Below are positions 13,103 to 25,006 of a DNA stretch of 64,000 nucleotides, in pieces. The translations under genes were made by a program, and so were the position numbers. Every line of letters begins with the position of its first letter. Within the stretch, counting starts at the first letter, position 1. The notes beneath the pieces were generated by a model that saw nothing but the letters and a program-made list of their open reading frames with translations, had not been told where the DNA came from and made no database searches. Source of the DNA: Atractiella rhizophila (taxonomy: Eukaryota); the NCBI GenBank assembly GCA_021432655.1, contig MU271273.1:1-64000 (forward strand), written 5' to 3'.

Positions 13103-14499
13103 CTTGCTCAACAGCACGAAATCAGCAGCAACGGAGAAGAGACATCCAAAGACGACGGGGCAGGAGAGATTGTCATTATAAAGCTCGTTGCAATTTCTCC
13201 TGTCCACCACTTAGGGACCCAAGCGGGGGTGCGGTAGCGAGTTTGGGCAAGTATTCAAGCATAAAATTAGTTTAGAATAATACTATTATTATTTTATTCT
13301 TAATGGTGCGTGGAGATTCTCCATTTGGCGTTATTTTGAATTGACATCGTTCCCACATCTTCGCGGGCATCAATTTTGGTGTGGTTGTTCTGTCCAGCGG
13401 AGAGTACCCGAGGCGTGCCACTTTCAACGGACCGCACATTTCATTTGGGCTGCGAGGTAAGTCGATTTCATATCAAACTGCGTCTGCATGCCTTCGCTTC
13501 CTAAAACGAAAGTGGTAGTAAGACAGCGAATCTTGATCATTCTTAGAGAACGAGGACTCCGTCCAGCTCCGTCCTTTGTTCTTTTTTGCTCTTCGTATTT
13601 GGTCAAGGTGAAGGTCGGAAACATCGACCTCTGCAACTTTATCTTGTCAGGTAGGTACGTATTTCTTAGAGAACAGGTATGTATGGAAAATGTGGCAAAT
13701 TGGGGGCAGTGATAGGAATTGGAACTTTTAGGTTGAGACTTGGTGAGCTGCACCATACGAAACAAACAACGAAATTGACACAGGGCAGGAGATGATCGCA
13801 GTGCACCTTCATGATGCCACCTTCCTACAAAATAAGAGACCTCCAACTTCTGAATAGCTTCTGAACTCGTTGCTCATGCGACTCTAATCGGCAGCATGTG
13901 GAATCAAGAAACATAATCGATTCTCAATGAACATTGGGGGGAGGAGCATCTCTTGCCTAGGTAGTTTGTCGGTGAGAGTGGGCGACAGGAAAAGATAATT
14001 ACAAAGAGCTAGCTCGGCTACCACGACGTAAATATTACTTACAAGGCAGCAACATATGCAGTGGACCAACGGAGTGCGTGCGACTTCAACAGCATCGAGA
14101 GCCTCGAGTCCTTCATTTATGACTGTGTGAATGTGGGTCATCTCTCCATCCTTGATACACTATTGGTCATCGCACTCGATTCCAGGAATCCAATGCCTGC
14201 GGTTGTTCACGTGGAAGTACTAATGGCAGTGCCGCAGGAACAAAAGCCGATTCCCCCCTCCCAATCCGCGTTCCTGAGGGATTAGAACTCTGGCAGTATG
14301 TGTCTTGCTTGGTGGTCAATAGGTGGGTCGTTCGATCACAACATTCTTGTCAGGTCCAGTTTGACAATAATCTAGATTCTGGCTTCTAAAGGAATTCTGA
14401 AGCTGCTCCACCAGCTTCGCCGTGAATCAGAAATATAGAGGCTCTTCGATGTAAACTTTGCTTTTTCCTCGTCACAGCTGCCTGCAACAAAGAAGACGA

Positions 14500-15140
14500 C
14501 ATGTCACCTTCTGCTCTTACAGCTCCATAACAACTAGACCTTGCTCTCCAACGTGCCGAGGACATACTCTCTACTAACCATACCTACCTAACCAGTTTCC
14601 GCTTTTCTACCTTTTGCACATGAAAGACATTCAACTGGAGGATGGCACCTTGCTATGCATTCTATGGTTGGGATTTCATAGTTACTTTCCCTAGAGAATA
14701 CAAGACAATGTGGAAAGCACAACGTTGGACGCCAGTCCGAGCTGCCTTCTTCTTCAACCGGTAACTCTCTCCTCTCCAACACTCACTGCGTACATGGAAA
14801 GCTTATATGAGAATTATCAAGTTACTGGGGTCTCTTGCGCTTCACATTGTTCATTTGTCTTGCCTGGCTCAAAGTTGACCCGAAGATTTGTGACAAAATT
14901 TACCTTATCAAACCAGTTAACCAGTTGGTGGTATTGCCGTCTTTTGTGTGTCCCCATTTGTGTCTCAAGAGAATCCCTGACGCATTGTAACCGCAGTGAG
15001 TTCCGAGTTCCTGCTTGCCGCAAGGGTATGGGCAATATGGGCCCGTCGACGATGGATCCCTTGGTTCTTTGGTATATTTGCAGCAACCGGTTCTGCACTT
15101 GAGATCTGGGCACTGGTTCCGAACAACCCACTGCGTTTGT
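14500..15140 (+). pseudogene. Truncated DUF6533-type paralogue of the gene at 6790-8125
   Basis: FYGWDFIVTFPREYKTMWKAQRWTPVRAAFFFNR|GT and WARRRWIPWFFGIFA closely match the first copy; C-terminal exons not found. Confidence 0.7.
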
Positions 15141-15401
15141 ATGCTTTTTAATTCGGAAGAGAGAGGCTGACAGATTTGAAAGACCGGATGGTTGAGAGGG
15201 TGCTTCTCTATCGGAGGAGGTCAGAGGTAATTTGTTGTCACGTCAATCTGGCAGACTTGTCAAAGCTACCTATGGGAAAGCACGTCGCGACGGACCTTGA
15301 GAACTGGCGACTACCGGAATTCCTGGATTTGTGGAAATTGCTTTCCGTTTTCCTCGCGGTTACTTTTTCCGTTGTGCCTGGATATCGCTGATTCTTTTCA
15401 A

Positions 15402-16760
15402 TGATGGGGTACACTCACCTTTTTTGCGAATAGCATGCTAGCTGCTGGCGTCACGGGTTTGGTAACGGCTAACGATCCAAGTGACACTTGCAAGATCCTC
15501 CTCGGAACCTCGCCACGCATTCGATTTTACCTTTTCCTCAGTACGAATTCTAGCAGCTCTGCTCAAAACTCAACTAAATCGGGGCAAAATGGTACTGCGG
15601 CTCAGCCAGCCATAAGCTTTGCTTCTTTGCAGGAGAATGACTCTATTCTGATGATGTTCCATCGGACCCTCGCTGCGAATGAGCAGGTTGTAGCGTTTGC
15701 CACCGTTTGCCAATCCTCAATTCGACAGATATGTCGAGCAGGCTGACTTGAGCAACATTCTCTGCTAATCCTCCGTCGAAGATCCAGTGAGTTAATCGTT
15801 GTTGAGGAAGTCTCCTTATTTATTTGGGCTCCTCAGGCTTGCTCCCTGTTGCGCTCAACCAGAGGGATGTTCTCAAAGTCAGTCTTTCTCACTCTATTGA
15901 ATTCCACGACGTCCAATGAGCATTCATGATATACTTCAGGCTTTGCGTATGATCCATCTTCTGGACAATTGAAGCCGTTCTACGCTCCTGGGGTCCGATT
16001 AGTTGCTAACGATGCTAACGCAACCACTGCCAACTCCACCTCTAACTCCACCCTTCCAATTGCCCAAAGTTTGGTTCAGACGCTCTCTAGCAATTCCACG
16101 TCCAAACCGGGTCTACTCTTCCATCACCTCGTGGATGCTAATACTTCTGATAACTCGACTGCTTCTTCAAATGCCGCTGCTCCTGAAAATTTCTCAAACA
16201 CTACGACCAGGCTACTGGTGTCCAACTCCACTGTATCACTGCGGACAAGTCCTTCGCTCAGCAGACACTTGCTGCCGATACCGATTTGAACACAGTGGCC
16301 ACTCCCAGCATAGGTGCTTCTTCTGACTCCCTGCTGCTACCTCTCCGGTCACGGACTCAGGCTCGACTGGGACAGCAACTGATTCTTCGGCTTCCGCTCT
16401 GACACCAATGAGCCTGGCTGACACTAAAGGGGACGAGGATTCTGCGGATGATGAGATGATGGTTGGTTCTGACACGGATGAATTGGCCGCCGACTCTTCC
16501 ACGGCAGACTCAAGTGATGCTGAGATGTCTGAGTAAGTCACAAATCCCGCGTCTTTTGCATTGTCGGCTACCTTGTCCCCGAAGTGAGACAGAGACTCCC
16601 GCTGCTGCAGACGCTAGGACAGCAACTGATGGGCCTAGGATGGAGAGCAAACGACGACTACTGCGACTGAAGCGCCGACATCTGCTTCCGGAAGTCAGTA
16701 TCTCGCTCACTGCGCCCCCTCCGAGTCATAGTCCTCTGGACTGTCATCATGAGGAGTAGA
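15402..16760 (+). CDS. Hypothetical secreted or cell-surface Ser/Thr/Asp-rich protein with introns; possibly broken
   Basis: Hydrophobic start (LAAGVTGLVTA), many N-x-S/T sequons and low-complexity S/T/D tail in ORFs 15969-16289 and 16300-16750. Confidence 0.35.
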
Positions 16761-17729
16761 GTAATATGGATAGTTCAAGCCTTATGTAATCATGAATCCA
16801 TGTTGGTTCTTTCCTGACCCGAGCACGAGGTATTATTTGTTCCTTCTCGCTAAAAGATAATCCAATGAAAATCATCACATACAGTTGGGGTGATTGATTG
16901 ATTTATGAGAGTTCGCACGTGCCCCATTTAGTGCCATTGAAGTACGCGATTACGAATCCCAACGACTGTTACTCCTTTACTCAAGCTTTACTCTTTCCTC
17001 TACATTGCTTTAGAATCTCTTAGATTTGGCTGATTCGAGCTCTTCTCCAGTCACTCTATATATCTATGAACAATTATTAGTAGCTGCTTGCTTTTCAAAC
17101 ACAAGCTGGGGGCCTCTCGTCCCTCGGGGGGACCACATTGTGTTTCTGATGTTTTTCAATAAAAAGTGGTTGACTATGCTGTTAGGAACATGCTGAGAGA
17201 TAATCAGTGATTGAGTCCCTGGAACTTTGCAGGGCGGGTTGAGTGCTATGGAGGGGACGGAGTAGTGTATCTAGTGCCTGGGAAGTGCTGAACGCTCGAG
17301 GTTCAATGACAACTGTAATGGTCGCCAGAAACACGAACTAGAGACAACGTCAGCAGCAGAATTAACGGATGTCAGGGAAACACAACCCTCAATTGCGGAG
17401 TTGAGTCAACCCTCTCCATGACCACTCTGCATCCGCCATTCAAAAGGCATTGCTCCTGTGGAAGGACTTGAAGAAAGAAGGCCAATGGTGGAAGAATGGA
17501 TTGGTGGATGTGTTGAAATAGAGAGAGCTGGAGAGGAAAGGTGTGTGGAGGTCAACTTATTGCAGTACCACAAAATCCATGTTAGACAGTATATGTCTAC
17601 TAAAATATCGAAATTTCATATTGTAACTAGCAAAATTAGAACCGCTAAATTGATCTACAACCATAACGCAACAATGTAATGGGAATAGGTGAAATGTACT
17701 AGAATAATACAAGCCCACAAACCCTTGAA

Positions 17730-20700
17730 AGCCTTATATCGAGTCTGGAAGATACATTTCCTCATTCTGGTCTGCATCTCCTTCAACCAGAGAGTCGTCT
17801 GCATCCGGTTCGAGAGCTGTGTCAATGACTGTATCAGAGTGGTGGCGAAAAAGAATCCACGCGAATGCTCTACCGTTGCCGTCTTCAGCTTGAAAAATCC
17901 CGATCAAATGGTGGATCTGGTCAAGAGGTACAAGCCGATACTCGTCACTCCATTGGCAGAGGATCTACTCTGTAAGAGGTTTGCTCGTTTGCTGAAAAGC
18001 TGAGTGAGCGCGAAGAACCTGTCAGCCGTTGCATCTGCTGTTGGGTCGAAGAAGGACTCTGGAATTCGAATGTAGACGACAGCCTCACCATAGAAGACGT
18101 CTCCAGCATCATCAATGCCCTATCCATCATGTCAGAGGAGTTTGTAGCTCATATAAGTGTACTAATCTAAATCTGACCTGAAATCTGCGAGCCGTTCTTG
18201 CTTCGAATTTCCATGACCGTTCGAGTCTCCGAGAGCGAATAACATCCCCATTAGCCAAAGAACACCGGCCCCAGTGCTCCCATTTTGCAACAGTCCTCTC
18301 CATATCTTTCATCTGGATAGAGAACATCAACGATGTTCAGCTGCTCTTGCAAAAGTGCTTGGTTAAGGAGATTCCTTGATACGTGTTGTCCTGGTTGATA
18401 CGCTTTTTAAGATAACCGATCATTCCCTCCATTGGAAATTGCGAGTAGAGAATTCCTGGGCCCCAACAGGGAATCCAATCGGCAATGTGCAAGAGATGGT
18501 GGATGCACATGGGCATTCGAACAAGTCGAGATCGATCCCCATGTACAAATACCTTCTCCCAGCCTGTAACGAAATTGGCAAAATATTCTCGAATTTTGAG
18601 CCGCTGCTCTTCCGTAATCTGATGCTGCCATGCGAGCTGGCAGCCACAGACAAAAGAGTCAATTACGTTTAGGACATTGAGAGAAAATCCAAGGAGGAAA
18701 AGGCTAGGAAGAAGCAGCCAGTCATAAACGTCCCACCATTCGTGCATCTTGTACTGAGTGTTTCGAAATCGGTATGTGTTTTGAGGAGCCGCCTGAGAGA
18801 AGGTGTAGGGAATATCGATTTTGAAGTGTTCGATCATGTTCCCAAATTCCTCACGAATTTGCTGTGTCGGATGCCATGGTTCAGGAAGCGACTCCTGCTT
18901 GTTGATCCCCATGGTAGAATCGAAAATGAGTTCAGCATCATTCTTCCAATGGAGATGAGCAAGATCCCCAGCAAAAAAGGTCCAAGGATCACGAAATGTA
19001 GCGAGACCAGATATGGGCGTGATGGAAATGACGCCACTGTCACGAGCTATCTCTGAACGAGCTTTTTGGGTCGTCGCAAGGGCTAGGTCCTTTGCTATTT
19101 GTGTGTATTCTGTCGTTGTGCGAATGGGAAGATTTAGAGGATCGTAGGCGACTGGGCGATAATCAGGTAGTGTACCATCATCCTGGGGAAGCGATATACA
19201 CGGGTAATAGTAGTGTTGGCCAAGAAGCTGACCGATAAGCTTGTAAAAGCGACAGCCACACTTGCCTTGATGGCCTGTGCAGCCGTTAGCCTTTGCAGAG
19301 CCAAGCATGTCACCTATGTGTCTTTCAATGTGAGTTTTAAAGGAAGCAGTGTGAGACTCTTACCGAGCTTGTTGATCAGCCATCCTTTCCAAACAAACCA
19401 CCTTCGATATCCAGCATCCCACATCCACAATCCTCCACTCAACTTTGCCATAGCTTTATAGAATGGAATGAAGAACGATTGGATGTCAACGGGATTGTTG
19501 GGACCAGGAACGCCTAAGGTGAAAAATGTATGACGACGTTTCGCTCGTACGCCTGTGTCGAAGCCCAGAAACGAAAGGATGATGAACCACATGTTAGAGT
19601 CGCGGGTGGCATGGATGGCTGCACCGTCTGTCGAAGCAATAAAGACTGATTCTCGTTCGTCTTCCATGAAGCCAATGTTATCGTTGGCAAGGGCTTGGAC
19701 TGCTGTGCCGTGGTGGAAGTCATCGTAAGTGTATCCACGGCGCAGTTTGTCTAATAAATGCTCCGTTTTTGCCGGTGTTTCTCCCAGCTTCTCTCCAAAG
19801 TATCCCATCATCTCAACATTCTGTGGAGCCCGGAACATCGCCTTAATTCGATGGAGGGGATTGCAGAAGAGAAAATGCTTTTCACTCTTCTTCTTTGTTC
19901 TTGATGAATCGCCTGGTATTGCAGATCGTCCAAAGGAAAGAGAAAAGCGAGGTCAGTTGCATGGCACAATGACGCCGTTAATTTTGCACGAATGTGGACA
20001 TCTAAGTCTTTCGTTAGCACCTTCTTTGCTATTCGAAAACAACCAACTTGCCTATCCAACTTCTCATACTTGTCAAGATAGGAGCTGCAAGAGGCTCCAC
20101 ACATAGGCAACCACTCCCCGGCCAAGCCGCTGAGCTCAGCAAGCATCTTTTTTGCCTCAGGAAGGGTATGCATTTCATGCTTGCGCAAAGTCCAGTTTTG
20201 ACGATGGCCTTCATAGCTTGCCTCTTTCTCGTTGTTTCGGTGCCAGATTCGGAACTCGTCCAAAGTAAGTTGCCGCTTGTCACTAAGCCTGGGGATATCA
20301 TCTGGATGTGTTGGAGGAACAGATGAAAGATTCTTGGAGTTGTCGTCGTAAAGTGGCATGAGGATATCACGAATGTCGCTGCAACACAAAAACAAATATT
20401 AATGCCATTTTCATCACATGTGAGAATCCTTACCATAGCGGGGACACGTGTGTGAGCTCTACAGCTCCAATAGGTTGGGGGGCTTCATCGGGATTTGGAT
20501 TGTGATAAGTCTGCTCATCTTCAGCAATCGATGTAATAACTTCCACCTCCTCTCTCAGCTCTATGCTCTCTCCAACAATCATCTCATCACCATCGACTTC
20601 CATCTCTTCATCACTTCCATCATTCATGTTGCCTGCAGGAATTGCGTCGAGGTCTGTTGTTGAGATATTCATTTCAAGCCGGGAATGCTGAGGCTCAGAT

Positions 20701-20789
20701 GCTGGAGGCTGTTGTATCTTGGGTCGGACTTTCGATGCGTAAGGAACCCTTCGTGAAGGCACAGGATCCTTGCGGGTGCTATGCTTCAA
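17730..20789 (-). pseudogene. CACTA/EnSpm Tnp2-family (Transposase_21 plus DUF4218-like) transposase with introns and apparent frameshifts
   Basis: STDGA...W; VPGPNNPVDIQSFF; WDA...W.W; G|DMLG.AK.NG..GHQG..GCRF; GDLAHL...N; IHHLLHIADWI..WGP....QFPMEGMIG; WGR..L.NG..IRS; YGEAVVY. Start and end approximate. Confidence 0.85.
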
Positions 20790-21303
20790 TGAGATGGCGG
20801 AAGTCGCGATGAAATCAACGCGTAAAGCGGCACGTGTTGCTGATCGTAGCCCATCCTCCTCTGCCTTTTTCTTCCTGGCTCAAGCACGAATGGAGGGATA
20901 TGGCGACGAAGAGTTCCTAGTGGATCTCAGGCTGTCATGGAGAGGGATGGGATGGGATGTCGAACTAGGGTGCATTGAGCTGGATCTCATGGAAAGGACA
21001 AATAGGAGGATGCTCGATAAGAATTGGGAGGGATTCATATGGTGATACTGGTGCACAGAGTAGCTGAAGAAAGGTCTGCTTCTGTTTTCACTGCGATTGT
21101 TGTCAGAAATTCTGACACATTCCTCTCTTCTGGTGCAGAAATGCATGCATTAATTCGAAACATTATATGCACTACATTTTCGTTGAGACAAGAGAACGAC
21201 GACAGCTCCATCCATCCACCTTCCCCTCTCTAAGCACCTCATTTTACCACACTCCTATCTCTCCTACATGCTGCGATTCTCTCTGTTTCTTGCCAAAGCC
21301 ACA

Positions 21304-22245
21304 ATGTCGAGAAACAACGACTCCTTCGCTGACCGCATCCAAATGGCTACGCGGCGTGATCTCTTCTTGAATCCTTATGTCCAAGAGCTGGAGTCAAAGT
21401 TAGCTGAAGTGGAGACTGCGTTGGAGAGGGAGCAGACTGATAAAGATAAGTGGAAAAAGTTCTATATGGAGAAGGACGAAGAGGTCAATCGATTAAAGCT
21501 CCAGCTTGAGAAGGTTAGGAAGGCACCTCTGCCTGCAAAAGCAACCTACTCCGTATCGAAAGATCGCATAGAAGGCATGATGACCACAGAGTTTACAGAT
21601 CCCATCGCTGAAGTATCAGAAGAAGATTGGATCAGAAAACCAGTGAAAGCATACCGCCCAATCATAGGACAGGACGATGCGGACAAGCTTGGGATCTTCT
21701 GGGAACGAAAGCAAGCGGCTGCCGCTACGCGTACCGGAGTCCAGAACAATATCCTCGATCCAGTTCGGGTATTGCACCAGCTTATATTCGACGAAACAGA
21801 CAACACTGTCATTGGGGCTACGCAACTATCTCAGGCTACTGCCGATGTTATACGAAACAACGCCAGCCTTTACGCCAAAACCTACCTCAACACTACCAAA
21901 TCGATCAAGAACCAGACTGGGATCTGCAAAACGACATATCTTCCGAACATCCTGCGCAAACTCGAGTTGGATTACAGCACTGTCCTCTGTATTGGCAAGA
22001 CGGACTGGATGAGTCGCATCTTTGTGACTTTGGTGCTGAGGAATACCTGTGGGAGCATCTATGATGACGATGACGATGACGGTGAGGAGGTGGCTGCTAA
22101 AGGAAGCCAGATGGTTAAGAGAGGAGTGAAGCGAAAGAGTGATAGTGAGGGACCTGTTATATTGAGTGAGAAAAGGATTCGGATAGACGATGTATGTGAA
22201 GATCACAGCGAAGGTACGCATCTCTTATTTGGCTTGCATAGCTGA
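21304..22245 (+). CDS. Accessory ORF 1 of the TIR element (N-terminal coiled coil, acidic tract, basic NLS-like KRGVKRK); unknown function
   Basis: Open frame 21268-22245 with a plausible ATG at 21304; heptad-like ELESKLAEVETALERE; possible donor near 22213, so it may splice to the next ORF. Confidence 0.6.
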   Translation: MSRNNDSFADRIQMATRRDLFLNPYVQELESKLAEVETALEREQTDKDKWKKFYMEKDEEVNRLKLQLEKVRKAPLPAKATYSVSKDRIEGMMTTEFTDPIAEVSEEDWIRKPVKAYRPIIGQDDADKLGIFWERKQAAAATRTGVQNNILDPVRVLHQLIFDETDNTVIGATQLSQATADVIRNNASLYAKTYLNTTKSIKNQTGICKTTYLPNILRKLELDYSTVLCIGKTDWMSRIFVTLVLRNTCGSIYDDDDDDGEEVAAKGSQMVKRGVKRKSDSEGPVILSEKRIRIDDVCEDHSEGTHLLFGLHS

Positions 22246-22537
22246 TGATGTCAGTGAAGCTGGTAGGTCTATTGGCATAGCGGGAACAACAGTGTTGGCA
22301 TCAAAACCCAAAAAGAAGTATAGAGCAATAGTGCATTTTCGATCTCCTCAAATGATGAGATAATGCTGATTTCTGTGTAGTCCGACCTGCCCCAGGACCC
22401 ACACAGAGGCAAAACGATGATACAAGGCAAGAATCACCTGCACAAACAGTCTGCCACTGCACCGGATAGTATTGTAGCATCAATTGGTATGATATTTCTA
22501 CATTTCAACCAGTGCTTGAAATAACAAGTAGATAGAT

Positions 22538-24256
22538 TTGCTCAAAGCGATGGGTGTAGACGATGATACTGCCATCAACCTCAATATTCTGGCTACCTTC
22601 GTCGAAACTGGCATGTTACCTCTCAGCCAGGCTACCAGCGAAACCCTCACTGAATCAGCTACAAAACACCTCCTTGTGGCCGTAAACTCTGCAGAATCCG
22701 ACTTCCATCTTCCGATCGACGCAGATGACGAACAGTACACATCCGAAGACCTGCAGAACAGTCCTCGAGGGGATACGCTTGGCCATAACAGCCTTGGAGA
22801 AGAGATTCTGTTCCGCTTGAAGAGATGGGAGAACGTAGGTTCTCGAAAGGCAATTTTGGAGCTTCTACATGCTGTTTTGCGTGGCGCAATGGTCTCAAAG
22901 CGGTTGTGTAAGAGATGGAAAGATGCACACCCTAATTCTACTGAAGTGACGCCCTTACTCTTGAATTTCGGCTGCATTGGGAGGCTGGCAGAGAGTTTGG
23001 TCGAAACTTGGCTTGACGGAGGTGGCAGCAATGCTGTGGATGTAAGTGTCGTTCCTTATTCTTATGAGAGGATGCATATGCTGATTCAGGCCGGAAAGGA
23101 TTTACGTTTGGCCAAAGATCTCAAGGACACCATAGTGCAAGGCGAATATTCAATAGCGTTGCAGGAGAAGATGATGTATCGAAAAACCTTCACAACTCCA
23201 AACAAGGTAACAAATGAGAAGAATCCCCGAATCGAACAACATCAGATAAAAAAAAAAAAAGGAGGTGGCAGCAATGCTGTGGATGTAAGTGTCGTTCCTT
23301 ATTCTTATGAGAGGATGCATATGCTGATTCAGGCCGGAAAGGATTTACGTTTGGCGAAAGATCTCAAGAACACCATAGCGCAAGGCGAATATTCAATAGC
23401 GTTGCAGGAGAAGATGATGTATCGAAAAACCTTCGCAACTCCAAACAAGGTAACAAATGAGAAGAATCCCCGAATCGAACAACATCAGATTTCTCCACTC
23501 CATCCCCCCCCTGATGATAACGGTTTCCATCCTCCTCAACCTTCTTCCAGCGCCACTCTCCCTGCCATCGAGCACACTCTCTCTTCTATCAACCACGAAT
23601 TCTCGCCACCTCAGTCTGCAGACCATGCCCCACCTCCTGTCGACTGCAGTTTCCCTCCTATCAACCCCGTTTCCCCCTATATTGACCACAGTTTCCCTCC
23701 TCCCACCGATCCTAGTCTCCTGCTCCCCAAGCAAACCCATAGCGACCCACAGCCGGTTGGCACACCCAAATATGCACTCCCAGTTCAGACTCTGGATATC
23801 CAGCCTGTTCCATATCTTCTAGCACTGGGGGGGGCAGGCAAAAGGAGTTGGTATGAGCAAGAAAAAGAGAGGGAGATCGAAGAAGAATGTTGAGGAAACT
23901 GGTGGGCTGCCACAAGAGGAAATATTGAAGTTGCACGAGGATGTAGAGCAGCTGCGGCCACTGTTGGACATGAATACAACGGCACAGCTTGTAGAAGCTA
24001 AAAAACTGGCCAAGGACAACAACTGGAAAGCATACCATTGGAAGAAGATGCTGCAGTATCAAGTATGCCTTACGTGTCTGCCAGCTAACTACTTACCTGA
24101 GGTTAGGTGATCAACAAAGAGGTTATCATCACCAAGTTCAACTCCATCGACAAAAGAACTCTCGAGCTTCTCCGGCTCCTTAAAATGGACCAAGGCAATC
24201 GATCCCTACTGCCAGAAGTCGCGAACGAAGGATGTAGTGCACTAGCGGTGCCTTAA
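22538..24256 (+). CDS. Accessory ORF 2 of the TIR element (internal 81-codon duplication, Pro-rich region); unknown function
   Basis: 451-aa open frame 22538-23893 continued in another frame at 23853-24110 and a probable last exon to about 24256. Confidence 0.55.
23018..23490 (+). repeat. 230-bp direct duplication separated by an A13 tract
   Basis: 23018-23247 versus 23261-23490, four substitutions seen by eye; A13 at 23248-23260. Confidence 0.95.
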
Positions 24257-24716
24257 ACGGACAGCTATCACGACGACGATCAGAGAAGGAGCGAGGTGGA
24301 TCACCTGATTGAGGGTACTATGGCGACATTGAAGGAGCTGGCACTGCATGGGATGATGGTGTAGTGTAGTGGAGACAAAGATAGGGAGTGCAAAGCATGC
24401 ATGTCATAGTATTTCGGTGTATCTGAGCAGAGACTGGATGCCCCCTGGAGCAACACTGCAAAGACACTACGAAGGCACTGCAGAGCACTAATCTCAAGCA
24501 CGAAAGCGACACTGACTTAGCACAGACTGCACACTAAAAGCACCAGATATACAATTTAAGCAAAAAACACCGACTAGGCACTGACCTGCACTGACTGCAC
24601 TAAGTGTGGACTGCTGCGGAGCCTGCGGAACCAAAAATCGTCCCTAAACTGATCTAACTCTGCACTGTTTTGGGGGATGGTGCATAGTGCATTGAGTGAC
24701 TACAGCTGCACTAGGT
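24230..24716. repeat. Subterminal (G/A)CACT repeat array of the TIR element
   Basis: About a dozen GCACT/ACACT motifs before the right TIR; four inverted AGTG(C/T) motifs at 17241-17290 after the left TIR. Confidence 0.7.
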
Positions 24717-25006
24717 CCGCCCTGCAAAGTTCCAGGGATTGAGTGCTCATAACACTTCTTTGGAACTACATTATCTGTTAAATTGTGTGCAGGCACTCAC
24801 AGCTTCAAGAGTGACAAATGTGAGGGAACAAAGAATCGAAACGATACCAAAAACAAAATTATGTCACACTCTCACTTAACACCAACTACACCATCGCACA
24901 GCCTCTTTGTCTTAAAACCCGATGTTAAGTAGGTAAGGAAAACTTGCCCTAAGTACCAACTTGACGCACAATTATTTTTTGTCCTTTAAATAAGCTTTGT
25001 TGTGTA

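Larger units (their letters stand above)
17217..24737. mobile_element. Complete 7.5-kb CMC/CACTA-like TIR DNA transposon with a 7-bp TSD
   Basis: Perfect 21-bp TIRs CCCTGGAACTTTGCAGGGCGG (17217-17237) and its reverse complement (24717-24737); flanking direct repeat ATTGAGT (17210-17216, 24738-24744); internal Tnp2-type transposase. Confidence 0.93.
17102..24779 (-). mobile_element. Helitron fragment D (3' end only), split by the TIR transposon into 17102-17216 and 24738-24779
   Basis: Minus strand ends ...GAGGGACGAGAGGCCCCCAGCTTG|T; 17171-17216 and 24738-24779 are the reverse complement of the contiguous segment at about 4780-4860 and 61607-61687 in copies A and C. Confidence 0.85.

Noticed and set aside
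17209..24744. 8-bp TSD (GATTGAGT) implying a hAT-type element
   Set aside because: The extra G at 24737 is needed to complete the symmetric TIR, and the transposase is Tnp2-type rather than hAT
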